Assembly (NCBI GenBank): GCA_041484665.1
Contig: JBGPIA010000011.1
Span: 1 to 64,000 of the forward strand
DNA from: Candidatus Krumholzibacteriia bacterium
GTDB lineage: Bacteria > Krumholzibacteriota > Krumholzibacteriia > JAJRXK01
Direction: 5' to 3'
Length of the DNA: 64,000 bases
The position numbers were made by a program, and so were the translations under genes. The notes under the pieces are model-generated. The model was not told the DNA's origin, ran no database searches, and was given only the letters and a program-made list of their open reading frames with translations. Each line of letters begins with the position of its first letter. Position 1 is the stretch's first letter. Positions 36,401-46,006 of the stretch are shown here, piece by piece.

Positions 36401-39181
36401 TCAGTGAAGGACCGTCAGACGTTTGTCACCCAGACGCTGGCCTTCGACCTCGAGACTCACGAAGTACAGCCCCGCATGGACGCGCTGTCCGTGGTCGTCA
36501 CGCGCGTCCCACGTCCCCTGATGGGGCCCAGCGGGTAGGCGTCCCATGTCGATGACGCGCACCAACCGCCCCGCCAGGTCGTAGACCCGGAACCGTGTCT
36601 GGGCTTCCACGGCCAGGGAAAATGCGAGCTGTGAGGGGCCGCGCGTCGGATTGGGGCCGGCCGCCTCGAAGACGGTCGCGCCGTTCGGTCCAGGAGGCGC
36701 CACCCCGGTGACCCCGGTGAAGTCCAGCGAGGCGACAACGCTGGAGTCGTTGCCGCAGGGACTCATGAGCACCATCTGATAGCCTCCGCCGTCGGCAAAG
36801 ACCGCGCTGGTGAGGGTCAGCGTCGGCGTGGTCGCGCCGCTGAGCATAGAGCCGCCTGCGGTGAGTCCGTCCAGGAGCGGTACGCCGTTGCGATTCCACT
36901 GGAAGCTGAGTCCGGGGTATCCGGGCGCGGGTTGGGCAGTGAACGAGACGTTGTCACCCACCTGAATGGTTTGAGAAAAGGGCTGGGAGACAAACCAAGG
37001 CACACCGGTTTGGGAGTACTTGGCCCACCGGGGCGATGCGAGTGCACCGCCATGGACGGCGGTGAACACTCCGCCAGCATGGATCTCGCTGTTGAAAGAG
37101 GCCAACGCGTAGACGATATCGTTCGCGCCCCCAGCGACTTCGTGCCAGGAGCCGTCCCAGTACGCGATGTTGCTCGCGGGTACGCCGCCAGCACTGCTGA
37201 ACGTTCCTCCGATGTAGAGCCGGGTGCCGGTGGAGGCCAGCGACCGCACTGCGCCATTGGTGCCTCCGGTGGCGAACGTCGAATAGAACGAGCCCGTGAA
37301 GTAGGCGAGGTTGGGGGAGCTGTTGATGCCTGGGTACACACCGCCGATCACTAGCAGGCCGTTGTGTACCTCCAGCGCATAGACGGTGCCGTTGAAGAAT
37401 CCGCCGACCTGGCTCCAGCTCGCGCCGTCCCAGCGCGCCAACCCTCCGGTCGAGACCCCGCCGGCGGTCGTGAAATCGCCACCGGCATAGAGATAAGAGC
37501 CAAAGACCTTGAGGGCGCGCACGGCGCCATTCATGCCCGTACTCACCGCTTCCCACAGCTGGGTGGTCTCATTCCAGCGGGCGATGTGGTTCACCGTGGA
37601 GGTGGAGAACGTGAAGGCACCGCCAGCGTAGGTCGCGCTGTTGTAGCGCTCAATGGCGTACACGCCGCTGTTGAAGCCGCTCCCCATCGCCTGCCATGCC
37701 GGAGGCGGGAATGCTATGAGAGACTGGTCCCACCGCGCGATGTAGTTCGCCGCGACGTCGCCGGCGTGTGTGAACAAACCTGCGGCGATGAGCTCGTTGG
37801 CCCCGCGGACTCCGGGGTACTTGAACGATTTGAGCGCGACGACCGAGGCGTCCATGCCGTTGCCGTAGGCCGAGAGCGAGACGCCATCCCAACCGGCGAT
37901 GGCGTGCGCCGCGGCGCCGACGTTGGTATTCTGATGAAAGTCGCCACCGGCGATGAGGCGGCCGGTATAGTTGGTCATCGCAAACACGATTCCGGCGGAG
38001 CCCCCACCGAAGGGCAGCCACTCGAAGCCGTTCCAGCGCGCGATCGAGTTGGCAGGCTGCCCGCCGGCCAGGTTGAAGTAGCCTCCGGCGACCAGTTCCG
38101 CGTTGAACACCATCAGGCTACTGACCCACGAGCTCCCGATTCCCGCGCCCAGCGCCGTCCACGAAGAGCCGTTCCAGCCCGCGATGTCACTGGCTCCAAC
38201 GCCACCTGCCAGGCTGAACCCGCCGCCGACCATCAGCACACCCTTGTACACCGACAGGCTGAGGACATCAGAATTGGTTCCGCTCCCCAGTGCCTGCCAG
38301 GCCGAACCGTTCCAGCGAGCGATGTTGCTGGCGGCAACGTAGCCACCCGGATGCTGGTCGACCTGGCTGAACTCACCTCCGACGATCAACTCGCCGTTGT
38401 AGGGCTGCAAGCACGTGACCCGCTCCCCGTTCGTGCCACCGCCCAGCGGCAGCCAAGACGAACCGTTCCAGCGGGCGACGGTTCTTGCAGGCTGATTGCC
38501 TGCATCCGAGAAATCGCCGCCGGCGATCAGATCCCCACCCCACGTCGTGAGGCACATGACCTGTCCGCCGCAGTTGAGGACATTGCAGCCGACTCCGACG
38601 CCCACCGTCTGCCAGGACGACACGGGGTCCCAGCTCGCAATGTCGTGGGCGTACACCGCACCGCCGGCCAGCGTAAACGCCCCCCCGGCGATCAACTTGT
38701 TGTTGTACACGGTCAGGGCGTTGACCCGATTGTTGACCCCGTCGGGGTTGGTTCCGTAGGGCAACGTCTGCCACGAGCTGCCGTTCCAGCGCGCGATGTT
38801 GTTGGTTGGCACCCCGCCGGCGTGCGCGAAGCTTCCACCGGCGATCAGCTCGCCGTTGTAGACCGTGAGGCAAGCGACCGCGCCGTCCGTCCCGCTGCCC
38901 AACGGTTGCCACATCCCGGTCGCGGGATCGCGCGCCGCAATGTTGCTGGCGGACACGCCCTGAATGCTCGTGAATTGACCGGCCACGACCAGCACGGCTG
39001 ACCCAGGACCGGCACCATCCGGATCCCAGGGATACATAGCCGAGATGACGCCATCCGTTCCGTTCGCAGCGCCCCCGTTGTCCAGCGGACCCACCTGCCA
39101 GTCCGCGCATTGGGCTCGTGCTTGCGAAGCGGTCAGGAGGATGGAGAACGCAATTAGGAGCGGAATCAGTCGCGCTTGCAT
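36401..39181 (-). CDS. Secreted beta-propeller-repeat protein with Ig domain and C-terminal FlgD-Ig/T9SS-like domain (paralog B)
   Basis: Same architecture as paralog A. Shared AQCA.W..GPLDNG, FKYPG..G.NEL, AFPPPAWQ and GINSSP.LA segments. GGAGG RBS. Confidence 0.85.
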   Translation of the reverse strand: MQARLIPLLIAFSILLTASQARAQCADWQVGPLDNGGAANGTDGVISAMYPWDPDGAGPGSAVLVVAGQFTSIQGVSASNIAARDPATGMWQPLGSGTDGAVACLTVYNGELIAGGSFAHAGGVPTNNIARWNGSSWQTLPYGTNPDGVNNRVNALTVYNNKLIAGGAFTLAGGAVYAHDIASWDPVSSWQTVGVGVGCNVLNCGGQVMCLTTWGGDLIAGGDFSDAGNQPARTVARWNGSSWLPLGGGTNGERVTCLQPYNGELIVGGEFSQVDQHPGGYVAASNIARWNGSAWQALGSGTNSDVLSLSVYKGVLMVGGGFSLAGGVGASDIAGWNGSSWTALGAGIGSSWVSSLMVFNAELVAGGYFNLAGGQPANSIARWNGFEWLPFGGGSAGIVFAMTNYTGRLIAGGDFHQNTNVGAAAHAIAGWDGVSLSAYGNGMDASVVALKSFKYPGVRGANELIAAGLFTHAGDVAANYIARWDQSLIAFPPPAWQAMGSGFNSGVYAIERYNSATYAGGAFTFSTSTVNHIARWNETTQLWEAVSTGMNGAVRALKVFGSYLYAGGDFTTAGGVSTGGLARWDGASWSQVGGFFNGTVYALEVHNGLLVIGGVYPGINSSPNLAYFTGSFYSTFATGGTNGAVRSLASTGTRLYIGGTFSSAGGVPASNIAYWDGSWHEVAGGANDIVYALASFNSEIHAGGVFTAVHGGALASPRWAKYSQTGVPWFVSQPFSQTIQVGDNVSFTAQPAPGYPGLSFQWNRNGVPLLDGLTAGGSMLSGATTPTLTLTSAVFADGGGYQMVLMSPCGNDSSVVASLDFTGVTGVAPPGPNGATVFEAAGPNPTRGPSQLAFSLAVEAQTRFRVYDLAGRLVRVIDMGRLPAGPHQGTWDARDDHGQRVHAGLYFVSLEVEGQRLGDKRLTVLH

Positions 39182-39288
39182 GCTGGGCCTCCTGGAATGC
39201 GAATGGATCGCGCGAGCGGATCCATATCATCTGCGGTGTGGGCTGTGGCGGCGGCCCCGTGCCGACCCCCCTCGGTTCCAACTTTACC

Positions 39289-39313
39289 TACGTCCGAGGC
39301 GCCCGAAGCGAAC
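39289..39313 (-). promoter_or_regulatory. GTTCGC-N14-ACGTA motif, copy 3
   Basis: Minus strand GTTCGC ttcgggcgcctcgg ACGTA, about 108 nt upstream of ATG 39181. Confidence 0.65.
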
Positions 39314-39823
39314 GAACCTGGGATGAGGCGGTACGGGGAGACCTGCCGTACGGCGGGGATGGGGGTGGGGGAGAACACGCGCCACTCAGCGCTGATTGGG
39401 GGGCCGCCGCGTGGCGCGGCGGTTGGTGCGCAGCCAAGGCGATCCGCGGGCCCAAGGCCCTTCCCAAGGACGGCGTCTTGAGCAAGGGCTTGCTTGCAGC
39501 ACGACGCTGAGACGTTTCCGGCGCAGCCGTCGATTGGAGCAATACCCTACTTACAGAAGCTATTGACCTACAAATGCGCCTCGACGATGCCTACCGAGGC
39601 CGCACGACGCCCGCGATCACCGATCTGTCCCGGTCCGCGGCGCTCCGGGCGATCGCAGCTGCTCTCGTCGCTTGACCCCGGGCAGCTCACTCGGCGGATG
39701 GTCTGCGAATTGGCGGATGCGAATCGGCGAATGAGTGCGCGCGGCGGCAGTCCCGGCCGACGGGTCCTGCACCGGCGGGCGACCAGTCGCTGATCCCTGA
39801 CGACCCCGCTCCTGACTGCCCAG

Positions 39824-40642
39824 CTACCGGAGCCGCACGATGCGGCGGCGATCGAGTTGCGTTCCCGCCTGCGCTCGGATCCAGAAAACTCCCGCCCCAA
39901 CATCCGCTCCGTGCGCGTCGCGACCGTCCCACCGCAGACGCTGCTCACCAGCCACGAAATCGCCATCGACCAGCCGTGCGACGACGCGCCCACGCACGTC
40001 CAGCACATCGACGCGGGCATGGGTTGGGTTGGGAAGCGCAAGCACAAACTCGATCGGACTCGACGATGGATTCGGCATCAGCGTTTGAATCAACCGGCCC
40101 GAAAGCGCGGGTTCAGCCGACACCACGCCGAACGCTGCCGCGAGCACGTGGAAGACCGAGTCCATGCATGCATTCACCGTGAGGCGCACGTCGACGTCGA
40201 TCGCGGGGAAGATTGGGCGAGCCGGAACCCAGCCGCTGTCGAAATGCTGATGCAGCACGTCGTCGGTGGTCAGATCCAGCGTCATGCGCTGGGTGAGCGC
40301 GACCTCACCGGCCAGATCATAGGTTCCGTGGCCGGTCACATGGGCGGTGCGCTGGGCCCCGGCTGCGCTACCGCCAATCGTGTAGCTCCAGGCGATATTC
40401 AGAAGCTCGAAATGCCCGGAGTGGGGATCCAATCCCGGGCGATAGAACGTGAAGTCCCCATCGAGCGGCCCCGAGATCACGACTGGGCACGCGCAAGGCC
40501 CAAAGCACCCGTATTCCAGGTTGGAGTCGGGGAACAGGCGGTACTGCAAGGGGTCCGAGACCTGGGCACTGGCGTAACGGGGGGCCGCCAGCGCGAGCAT
40601 CACAATTCCGGTAACGAAGGCGGGCCAGTTCCTAGATCGCAT
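39824..40642 (-). CDS. Secreted protein with a Cys-containing domain (GCFGPCACP) and FlgD-Ig C-terminus
   Basis: Signal peptide. MPNPS..VDVLDVRGRVVARL..WDGRD..G..V..GVFWIR tail. Confidence 0.75.
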   Translation of the reverse strand: MRSRNWPAFVTGIVMLALAAPRYASAQVSDPLQYRLFPDSNLEYGCFGPCACPVVISGPLDGDFTFYRPGLDPHSGHFELLNIAWSYTIGGSAAGAQRTAHVTGHGTYDLAGEVALTQRMTLDLTTDDVLHQHFDSGWVPARPIFPAIDVDVRLTVNACMDSVFHVLAAAFGVVSAEPALSGRLIQTLMPNPSSSPIEFVLALPNPTHARVDVLDVRGRVVARLVDGDFVAGEQRLRWDGRDAHGADVGAGVFWIRAQAGTQLDRRRIVRLR

Positions 40643-40928
40643 CTAACCCTCGTGCTTCCACCAGGGGGAGGCGTGCAGTCCTACATCGCTGCGTTCACCG
40701 GTCAAGCATAACGGTGGGCGGGCGTCACTGCCACACCGCAGCGATCGCCCGCTCGCCGGCGGGAGGTTGTCCTTGGAGGACCTGTCCCGATCGAAGGATC
40801 CAGCCGCCGTGCGGAACGTGGAATTGCGGCTGGGATCTCAAGTCCGCCGCCCGTCGGGGTCCCGAAGGCAGCACCGGAGCGGGGTCCGCGTCAACCCGCG
40901 GGGCCTCGCTTTCCGAGGCCAGATCAGT

Positions 40929-40971
40929 TGGCTCCCCGGGTGGGACTCCAACTCGCGACCCTTTGGTGAAC
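40929..40971 (-). pseudogene. Degenerate 3' half of tRNA-Asn (att-site-like remnant)
   Basis: Minus strand GTTCACCAAAGGGTCGCGAGTTGGAGTCCCACCCGGGGAGCCA spans the anticodon GTT to the CCA end. T-arm is mismatched, and the D-arm and 5' acceptor strand are missing. Hairpin GGCCTCG-GAAAG-CGAGGCC lies just downstream. Confidence 0.7.
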
Positions 40972-41041
40972 GCACCGCGCTGCGAGCCGCGCCCGCCCCG
41001 CTCCCCCGCGCTCCGCGCCACGCCTGGCTTCCTCCCCGCCC

Positions 41042-41671
41042 TCACGGCTCGCGATACAGCCCCTTGACCATCCCCCAGCTCACGCTTTCCACGGGCACCG
41101 GGGCCACGTCGAAACTGAGATCGTCGAAGTTGGCCGGGTCGCCGTCGCGGAAGGCTCCGAATTCGACGTAGTCGATCTGCTTGCCGTTGGGGCGTGGGGC
41201 GATCTGCAGGACCTGCGGCACGCCCACCCGATTGGGTCCGGCCTGGCCGAAGGTCCAGTCGACGAAACCCGCCTTGTTGAAGGCCTTGAGATAGCTGGCC
41301 GTCCCCGGCCCCAGATGGATGACGGTGATCGCCACGCGCGGTTGGGGCAGGGTGAAGGTCACGCGGATCCAGCCCTGCACGTCGGTGATGCCGGTGCACT
41401 GGCCCACGTCGAAGATGCTGAGCACGTTCGGCGGGCTGCTGCCGCCGCCGCAGGGTGGCACGGCGAACACGCGCTCCAGCCCACCTTCGCCGAAGGCGCG
41501 GATGGCGACACCGCGCTGGGCGTAGGCGTCGTTGACGACCGTGCCGGCCACGACGTTGTCGAAGTTGAGCAGGATCGCGGCGCAGACGGGCGGCGCCGTT
41601 ACGGGGCCGGCTGCCGTCAGCAGGCAGATGGTGGCGATCGAAATCGTGGCCAACCGGGATCGGGCGTTCAA
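41042..41671 (-). CDS. Secreted beta-sandwich protein with a C-terminal PVESVSWGMVKGLYR motif
   Basis: TTG start after AGGCAGG, signal peptide, NFD..GT.V.D.Y...GV and FDDLSF motifs, then the SWGxVKxLY tail. Confidence 0.7.
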   Translation of the reverse strand: MNARSRLATISIATICLLTAAGPVTAPPVCAAILLNFDNVVAGTVVNDAYAQRGVAIRAFGEGGLERVFAVPPCGGGSSPPNVLSIFDVGQCTGITDVQGWIRVTFTLPQPRVAITVIHLGPGTASYLKAFNKAGFVDWTFGQAGPNRVGVPQVLQIAPRPNGKQIDYVEFGAFRDGDPANFDDLSFDVAPVPVESVSWGMVKGLYREP

Positions 41672-41715
41672 CGGGCACCTGCCTTGGGGCGCATTCGCAG
41701 CGCGTCGCACTGAGC

Positions 41716-42882
41716 TCACCGCTTGCCGAAGAACCCCCGCACGACGTTACCCCCCACCATCTTCATCACCTCTGGGTTGTTCTCCAGGCGGCGCATGCTG
41801 TAGGCGCGCCAATGTGTGCCGTAGGGCACGTACAAGCGCAGACGGATGCCCCGCTGCACGAGCTCGCGTTGCAGCCGCTCGCGGGGGACGCCCAGCAGCA
41901 TCTGCACCTCGATCTCGCGGTCGGGCTTGTTCAGCGTGCGGGCAATCTCCAGGGCCGCGCGGATTACCCACTCTTCGTGGGTGGCCAGTCCCACGTGCTG
42001 CCCATTGCGCCACATGATCGGCAGCAGCTCGAGCAGTTTGCGCTTCATCTCGGGCTTGTCCTGCAGCGCGATGGGCGGCGGCTCGCGGTAGATGCCGATG
42101 CACAAGCGTACGTTGGGCGCGAGGTCCTTGAGCACCTCCACATCGGCCGGCGTGCGGAACAGCCGCGACTGGAGCACGACACCGCAGTTGGAATGCAGCG
42201 CTCGCACCCGCCGGTAGATGCGCAACGTGCTGTCGACGGTGGAGTGGTCCTCCATGTCGAAGCGGACGAACGTGCCGTGGGCGGCGGCGCGTGCCACCAG
42301 GCTGAGCGCGCGGGTGAAGCACTGCTCCTCGTCGATCTGCTGGCCCAGCGCCGAGAGCTTGATGGAGATGTTGGCGTAGTGCAGACCCGCCAGGTCGTCG
42401 ATCAGCCGCTGGTACTCCTCGAAGTACCCCTCGACGTCGCTGCGGTCGCGCACGTCCTCGCCCAGCACATCGAGCGTCGACCACAGCCCCTTCGTATGGA
42501 ACAGCGCGCGTGCCTTGGCCAGCGCCTGCTCGCGGCGCTCGCCGGCGATGTAGGGACCGGCGGCAATGCGCAGGATGGGATCGGGGAGCAGGCGCAGGCT
42601 GCGGGCGATCAGGCGCTGCAGGCGGCGACCCAGCGGCTCGGCCGGCTGCGGGGTCCCCGCGCTGTGGCCCCACGGCCCGGTGCGCAGCCGGCCCGTGGTC
42701 GACCCGGCCACCGACCCGGCCACCGAACCGGCCACCAGCCCCGCGTCCGATCCCGTCGCCGACCCTGAGACAGGCCCGGTGCCGGTGCCCGCGGCAGCTG
42801 CCGCGGAGCCGTCTCCATCGCCGCCCATCCCAGGGAGCGACGCGGAACCGGCAGGGGGAGGCTCGTGCACGCCGGGCGACAT
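41716..42882 (-). CDS. Proline dehydrogenase (monofunctional PutB-type)
   Basis: YIAGE, DVLGE, SIKLSALG, FDMED, ATHE, QMLLGV and LYVPYG.HW..YSMRRL.ENP motifs. Confidence 0.9.
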   Translation of the reverse strand: MSPGVHEPPPAGSASLPGMGGDGDGSAAAAAGTGTGPVSGSATGSDAGLVAGSVAGSVAGSTTGRLRTGPWGHSAGTPQPAEPLGRRLQRLIARSLRLLPDPILRIAAGPYIAGERREQALAKARALFHTKGLWSTLDVLGEDVRDRSDVEGYFEEYQRLIDDLAGLHYANISIKLSALGQQIDEEQCFTRALSLVARAAAHGTFVRFDMEDHSTVDSTLRIYRRVRALHSNCGVVLQSRLFRTPADVEVLKDLAPNVRLCIGIYREPPPIALQDKPEMKRKLLELLPIMWRNGQHVGLATHEEWVIRAALEIARTLNKPDREIEVQMLLGVPRERLQRELVQRGIRLRLYVPYGTHWRAYSMRRLENNPEVMKMVGGNVVRGFFGKR

Positions 42883-43081
42883 GGGCCCATCCTTTCGGCG
42901 GTGTCAGGGGGCGCCGGAGGGCGGGACCGCGCGCATGCACGCCACGGCCGCAGCCCGATTCAATGATATGACAACGGCAATCGGCTGCCTAACACCGAAC
43001 TCGTGGCGAGCGCTGGCCCGCGCCTCGGTCGAGAAAAGCGCGTGACGCCGATCTCCTCTGCAGACTGCGCTCGGGCCATCC

Positions 43082-43528
43082 TCAGGCGGGCATCCCGAAG
43101 CGGGCCCGCAGCTGCTGGTGCCGGTAGGCGAAGATGGTGCGCAGGTCGCGGGCCACGAGCAGGCGGTCCATCAGCACACCCCCGGGCACCGCGTACTCGA
43201 CCACGTCACCAGCCACCGTGCCCGCGTCGCGCGGCGTGAAGGTGTGCTCGTGGCGCCAGCGCCGATAAGGCCCCCTGCGTTGCTCGTCCACGAAGCGGCG
43301 CGCCGGCTCCCACACGGTGATCTCGCTCTGCCAGCGCACGGGCAGGCCGTGGACGCGCAGACGGTATTCGATGCGCGTGCTCGCGCCCATGTCGACCGGT
43401 GGCGGCGTGAGCACCTGGAAGTGCAGCCACGGCGGTGTCAGGACCTGGAGGTTCTGCACGTCGGCGAAGAACGGGAAGATCTCCTCCGGGCGGCGCGGCA
43501 ACCAGAGTTCGGTGTGGAAGACGGGCAC
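43082..43528 (-). CDS. SRPBCC family protein
   Basis: FPFFAD..NL..LTPP, W.SEI..W.P..FVDEQ..GPY..W.HEH.F and IFAYR motifs. Confidence 0.88.
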   Translation of the reverse strand: MPVFHTELWLPRRPEEIFPFFADVQNLQVLTPPWLHFQVLTPPPVDMGASTRIEYRLRVHGLPVRWQSEITVWEPARRFVDEQRRGPYRRWRHEHTFTPRDAGTVAGDVVEYAVPGGVLMDRLLVARDLRTIFAYRHQQLRARFGMPA

Positions 43529-43560
43529 AGCAGCTCGCGACGTGTCGTGACGAACCCGTA

Positions 43561-44514
43561 TCAGCGCCCCAGTGCCGCTCGCAGCGCCGGCTCGAGCGCC
43601 GGGTGCGCGAACGTGTAGCCGAGCTGCGTCGCGCGCTGCGGGAGCACCTTCTTACTCGACAAGAGCTCGGTCGAGAACTCCCCGAGCAGAAGCTTCAGGG
43701 CGAGCGCGGGGGCGGGCAGCACGGCAGGACGGCCCAGCACGCGCCCCAGCGCGCGCGCGAAGTCCCCCTGGCGCGCGGCCTCCGGCGCGGTCGCGTTGAT
43801 CGCACCGCTCCAGCTCTCGCCCAGGGAGCGCAGCGCCAGCCCTGTCACATCGTCACGGTGCACCCACGACCACCATTGCCGTCCCGACCCCAGCGGCCCG
43901 CCTGCGCCCAGACGGAACGGCGGCAGCATCGCCTGCAGCGCGCCGCCGTCGGGGCCCACGACGATGCCGAAGCGCAGCCGCACCACGCGCAGCCCCAGCG
44001 CCTGGGCTGCGACGGCCTCCGCCTCCCAATCGCGGCACAGCTGGGCCAGGAAATCAGAGCCGGGCTCGCTGCTCTCCACGAGCTCGGCCTCGCCACGGTC
44101 GCCGTAGTAGCCGATCGCGCTGGCGCACACCAGCACGCTCGCGCGAGGCTGCGCGGCGGATGCGCCGCCCGCGCTCGAGGCGCCGCCGGCGCCGCCCGCG
44201 CCGGCGAGGCCCGTCACCAGATTGCGCGTGCCGAGCACGCGGCTGTCGCGGATCTCCTGCTTGCGAGCCGCCGTCCAGCGGCCCGCCACCGACTCGCCCG
44301 CCAGGTGCACGACGGCATCCGCGGACTGCAGCGCCTCCTGTGGAGGGCGGCCGGCCTTGGGATCCCAGCGCCACGCGCGCTGGACACCCGGGACGTCGCG
44401 CTGCGCCCGCTGCGGGTCGCGGGAGAGGGCGAGCACGCCGTGCCCAGCCCCGCGCAGGCGAGCGCAGACGGCACGACCCAGGAAGCCGGTGGCACCCGTG
44501 ACAAGGACATCCAT
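43561..44514 (-). CDS. TIGR01777-family (YfcH/SDR39U1) NAD-dependent epimerase
   Basis: VLVTGATGFLG, VVHLAGE, RW...K..I.DSRV, SAIGYYG, GGPLGSGRQWWSWVH motifs. Confidence 0.92.
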   Translation of the reverse strand: MDVLVTGATGFLGRAVCARLRGAGHGVLALSRDPQRAQRDVPGVQRAWRWDPKAGRPPQEALQSADAVVHLAGESVAGRWTAARKQEIRDSRVLGTRNLVTGLAGAGGAGGASSAGGASAAQPRASVLVCASAIGYYGDRGEAELVESSEPGSDFLAQLCRDWEAEAVAAQALGLRVVRLRFGIVVGPDGGALQAMLPPFRLGAGGPLGSGRQWWSWVHRDDVTGLALRSLGESWSGAINATAPEAARQGDFARALGRVLGRPAVLPAPALALKLLLGEFSTELLSSKKVLPQRATQLGYTFAHPALEPALRAALGR

Positions 44515-45184
44515 CGCGAAGCTCCCTGCGCAGTGGGGAGGGTCCCGGGCAAGGGTGGTGGAGTCGGTACTCGGTGCTCGGGGCGGACCGGCAGCGCAGA
44601 CTAAGGAGAGTAGCAGGGGGCGCGCGCTTGTCACGGGCCCAGGGGGGCGGACCTGGGGGCGGGTCTGGCAGCGGCTCCGACGGCGTGCTTCGGCCGCGGC
44701 GCGGGCGGCCCCGGCGTCAGCGGGCTTTGGCCAGGTGCGCAGGTGTCGAAATCGGCCGAAGCCCGTACGAGGGTCCGGAACCGCCCGCCGCCGAGCCATT
44801 CCGTAGGCGGAAGGCAGGAGGCAGCGTCCGGAATCCCGGCTCCCGAGCGTCCCCCGGAAAAAACTTACCCTCGAAGTCCTATGGTTGGCAAGCACGAGTC
44901 TGACGCCCCCACTCGGCCCGCTGGGTCGGGCTGCGGCCGGTCCAGATGCTCCCCCGCGCCAGGGGGGAGGGCGGTGGGTCAATTCGAGCCCGGATTTCAT
45001 CGCTCGGCAGGGAGGCAGAGAGCGATGCTCGGCGGCGAGCCCGTGCGAATCTGACCATAGATATGCTCATATTCGCAGAGGGTCACGCCAACTGACCCAC
45101 CACGGGGGCGAGCTGACGGTAGTCTAGAGCGCCGCGGTAGCGCTATCATGCGCGGTCGATTGCCCTTACCGGCGAGGAGGCACC

Positions 45185-46006
45185 ATGAGCGCTACGGCTG
45201 CGGCGCGCCATCGACGGAGAGCTCCTTCTGTAGACCCCAAGGTCGAGGAGGGGCTGCGCAATCTGGGGCTCACCGACTACGAGATTCGCGTCTACATGGC
45301 GATCCTGCGCCACCCCCAGAGCCGCATCCCGGAGGTTGCCCGCTGGAGCGCGGTTCCCCAGCCCAAGGTGTATGCCACGGTCAAGCGCCTGATCGAGCGC
45401 GGGCTCTGCGAGAGCCACCTCGGACCGGTGAACCAGTACAGCGCCATCTCACCGCAGGAGGCCTTCGAGCCGCTGCTCGATGATCTGCGCGGCCGCCACA
45501 ACGAAGCCAAGTCCGCCGTGCTGACGCTGCGCTCCGAGCACGCCAAGGCCTCACGTCCGCTCTCGCGGCGCGAAGGCCGCATCAAGGTCTTCCAGGGCCG
45601 GCCCGCGGCGGCGCGCAATTTCAAGTTCTTGCTGGCGAACGCGCGCCTCGAAGTGGGGATCATCGCCCGTGTGCCGTTCGTCGTCAGCGACGACGAGGAG
45701 ATCATTCGCGATCGCATCGCCGCCGGGGTCAAGATCCGCCTGCTCGTGGAGATCCCGGCCCAGCTCTCGCCCCAGGATCGACAACTCATGGAGGAGCAGG
45801 TGCGGGCGGGCTCCCAGCTACGCACCATCGAGGAGGTGCCGATGCGGCTGGCCCTCTTCGACAGCAAGATCACGACCATGCCGATGCTGGATCCGGCTCC
45901 CGCGGAGGGAGACGGGTTCATCATGCTCGAGATCCGCAACGAGAGCCTCACTCGCGGCATGACGAAGGTGTTCGATATGCTGTGGGCGGTCGCGCGGGAT
46001 CTGTGA
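45185..46006 (+). CDS. TrmB-family transcriptional regulator
   Basis: GAGGAGG RBS. LRNLGLTDYE.RVY, VPQPKVY..VKRLIERGL and a PLD-like effector domain (RLALFDSK). Confidence 0.85.
   Translation: MSATAAARHRRRAPSVDPKVEEGLRNLGLTDYEIRVYMAILRHPQSRIPEVARWSAVPQPKVYATVKRLIERGLCESHLGPVNQYSAISPQEAFEPLLDDLRGRHNEAKSAVLTLRSEHAKASRPLSRREGRIKVFQGRPAAARNFKFLLANARLEVGIIARVPFVVSDDEEIIRDRIAAGVKIRLLVEIPAQLSPQDRQLMEEQVRAGSQLRTIEEVPMRLALFDSKITTMPMLDPAPAEGDGFIMLEIRNESLTRGMTKVFDMLWAVARDL

Noticed and set aside
33409..39181. Diversity-generating retroelement TR/VR pair
   Set aside because: There is no reverse transcriptase, and the similarity is paralog-wide with no adenine-specific pattern evident.
40929..41005. Functional tRNA-Asn
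   Set aside because: There is no D-arm or 5' acceptor strand, and the T-stem and T-loop are mutated.
42988..42994. GCCTAAC (and GCATAAC at 40706-40712) as attC ends
   Set aside because: I found no L boxes, hairpin or partner core site.
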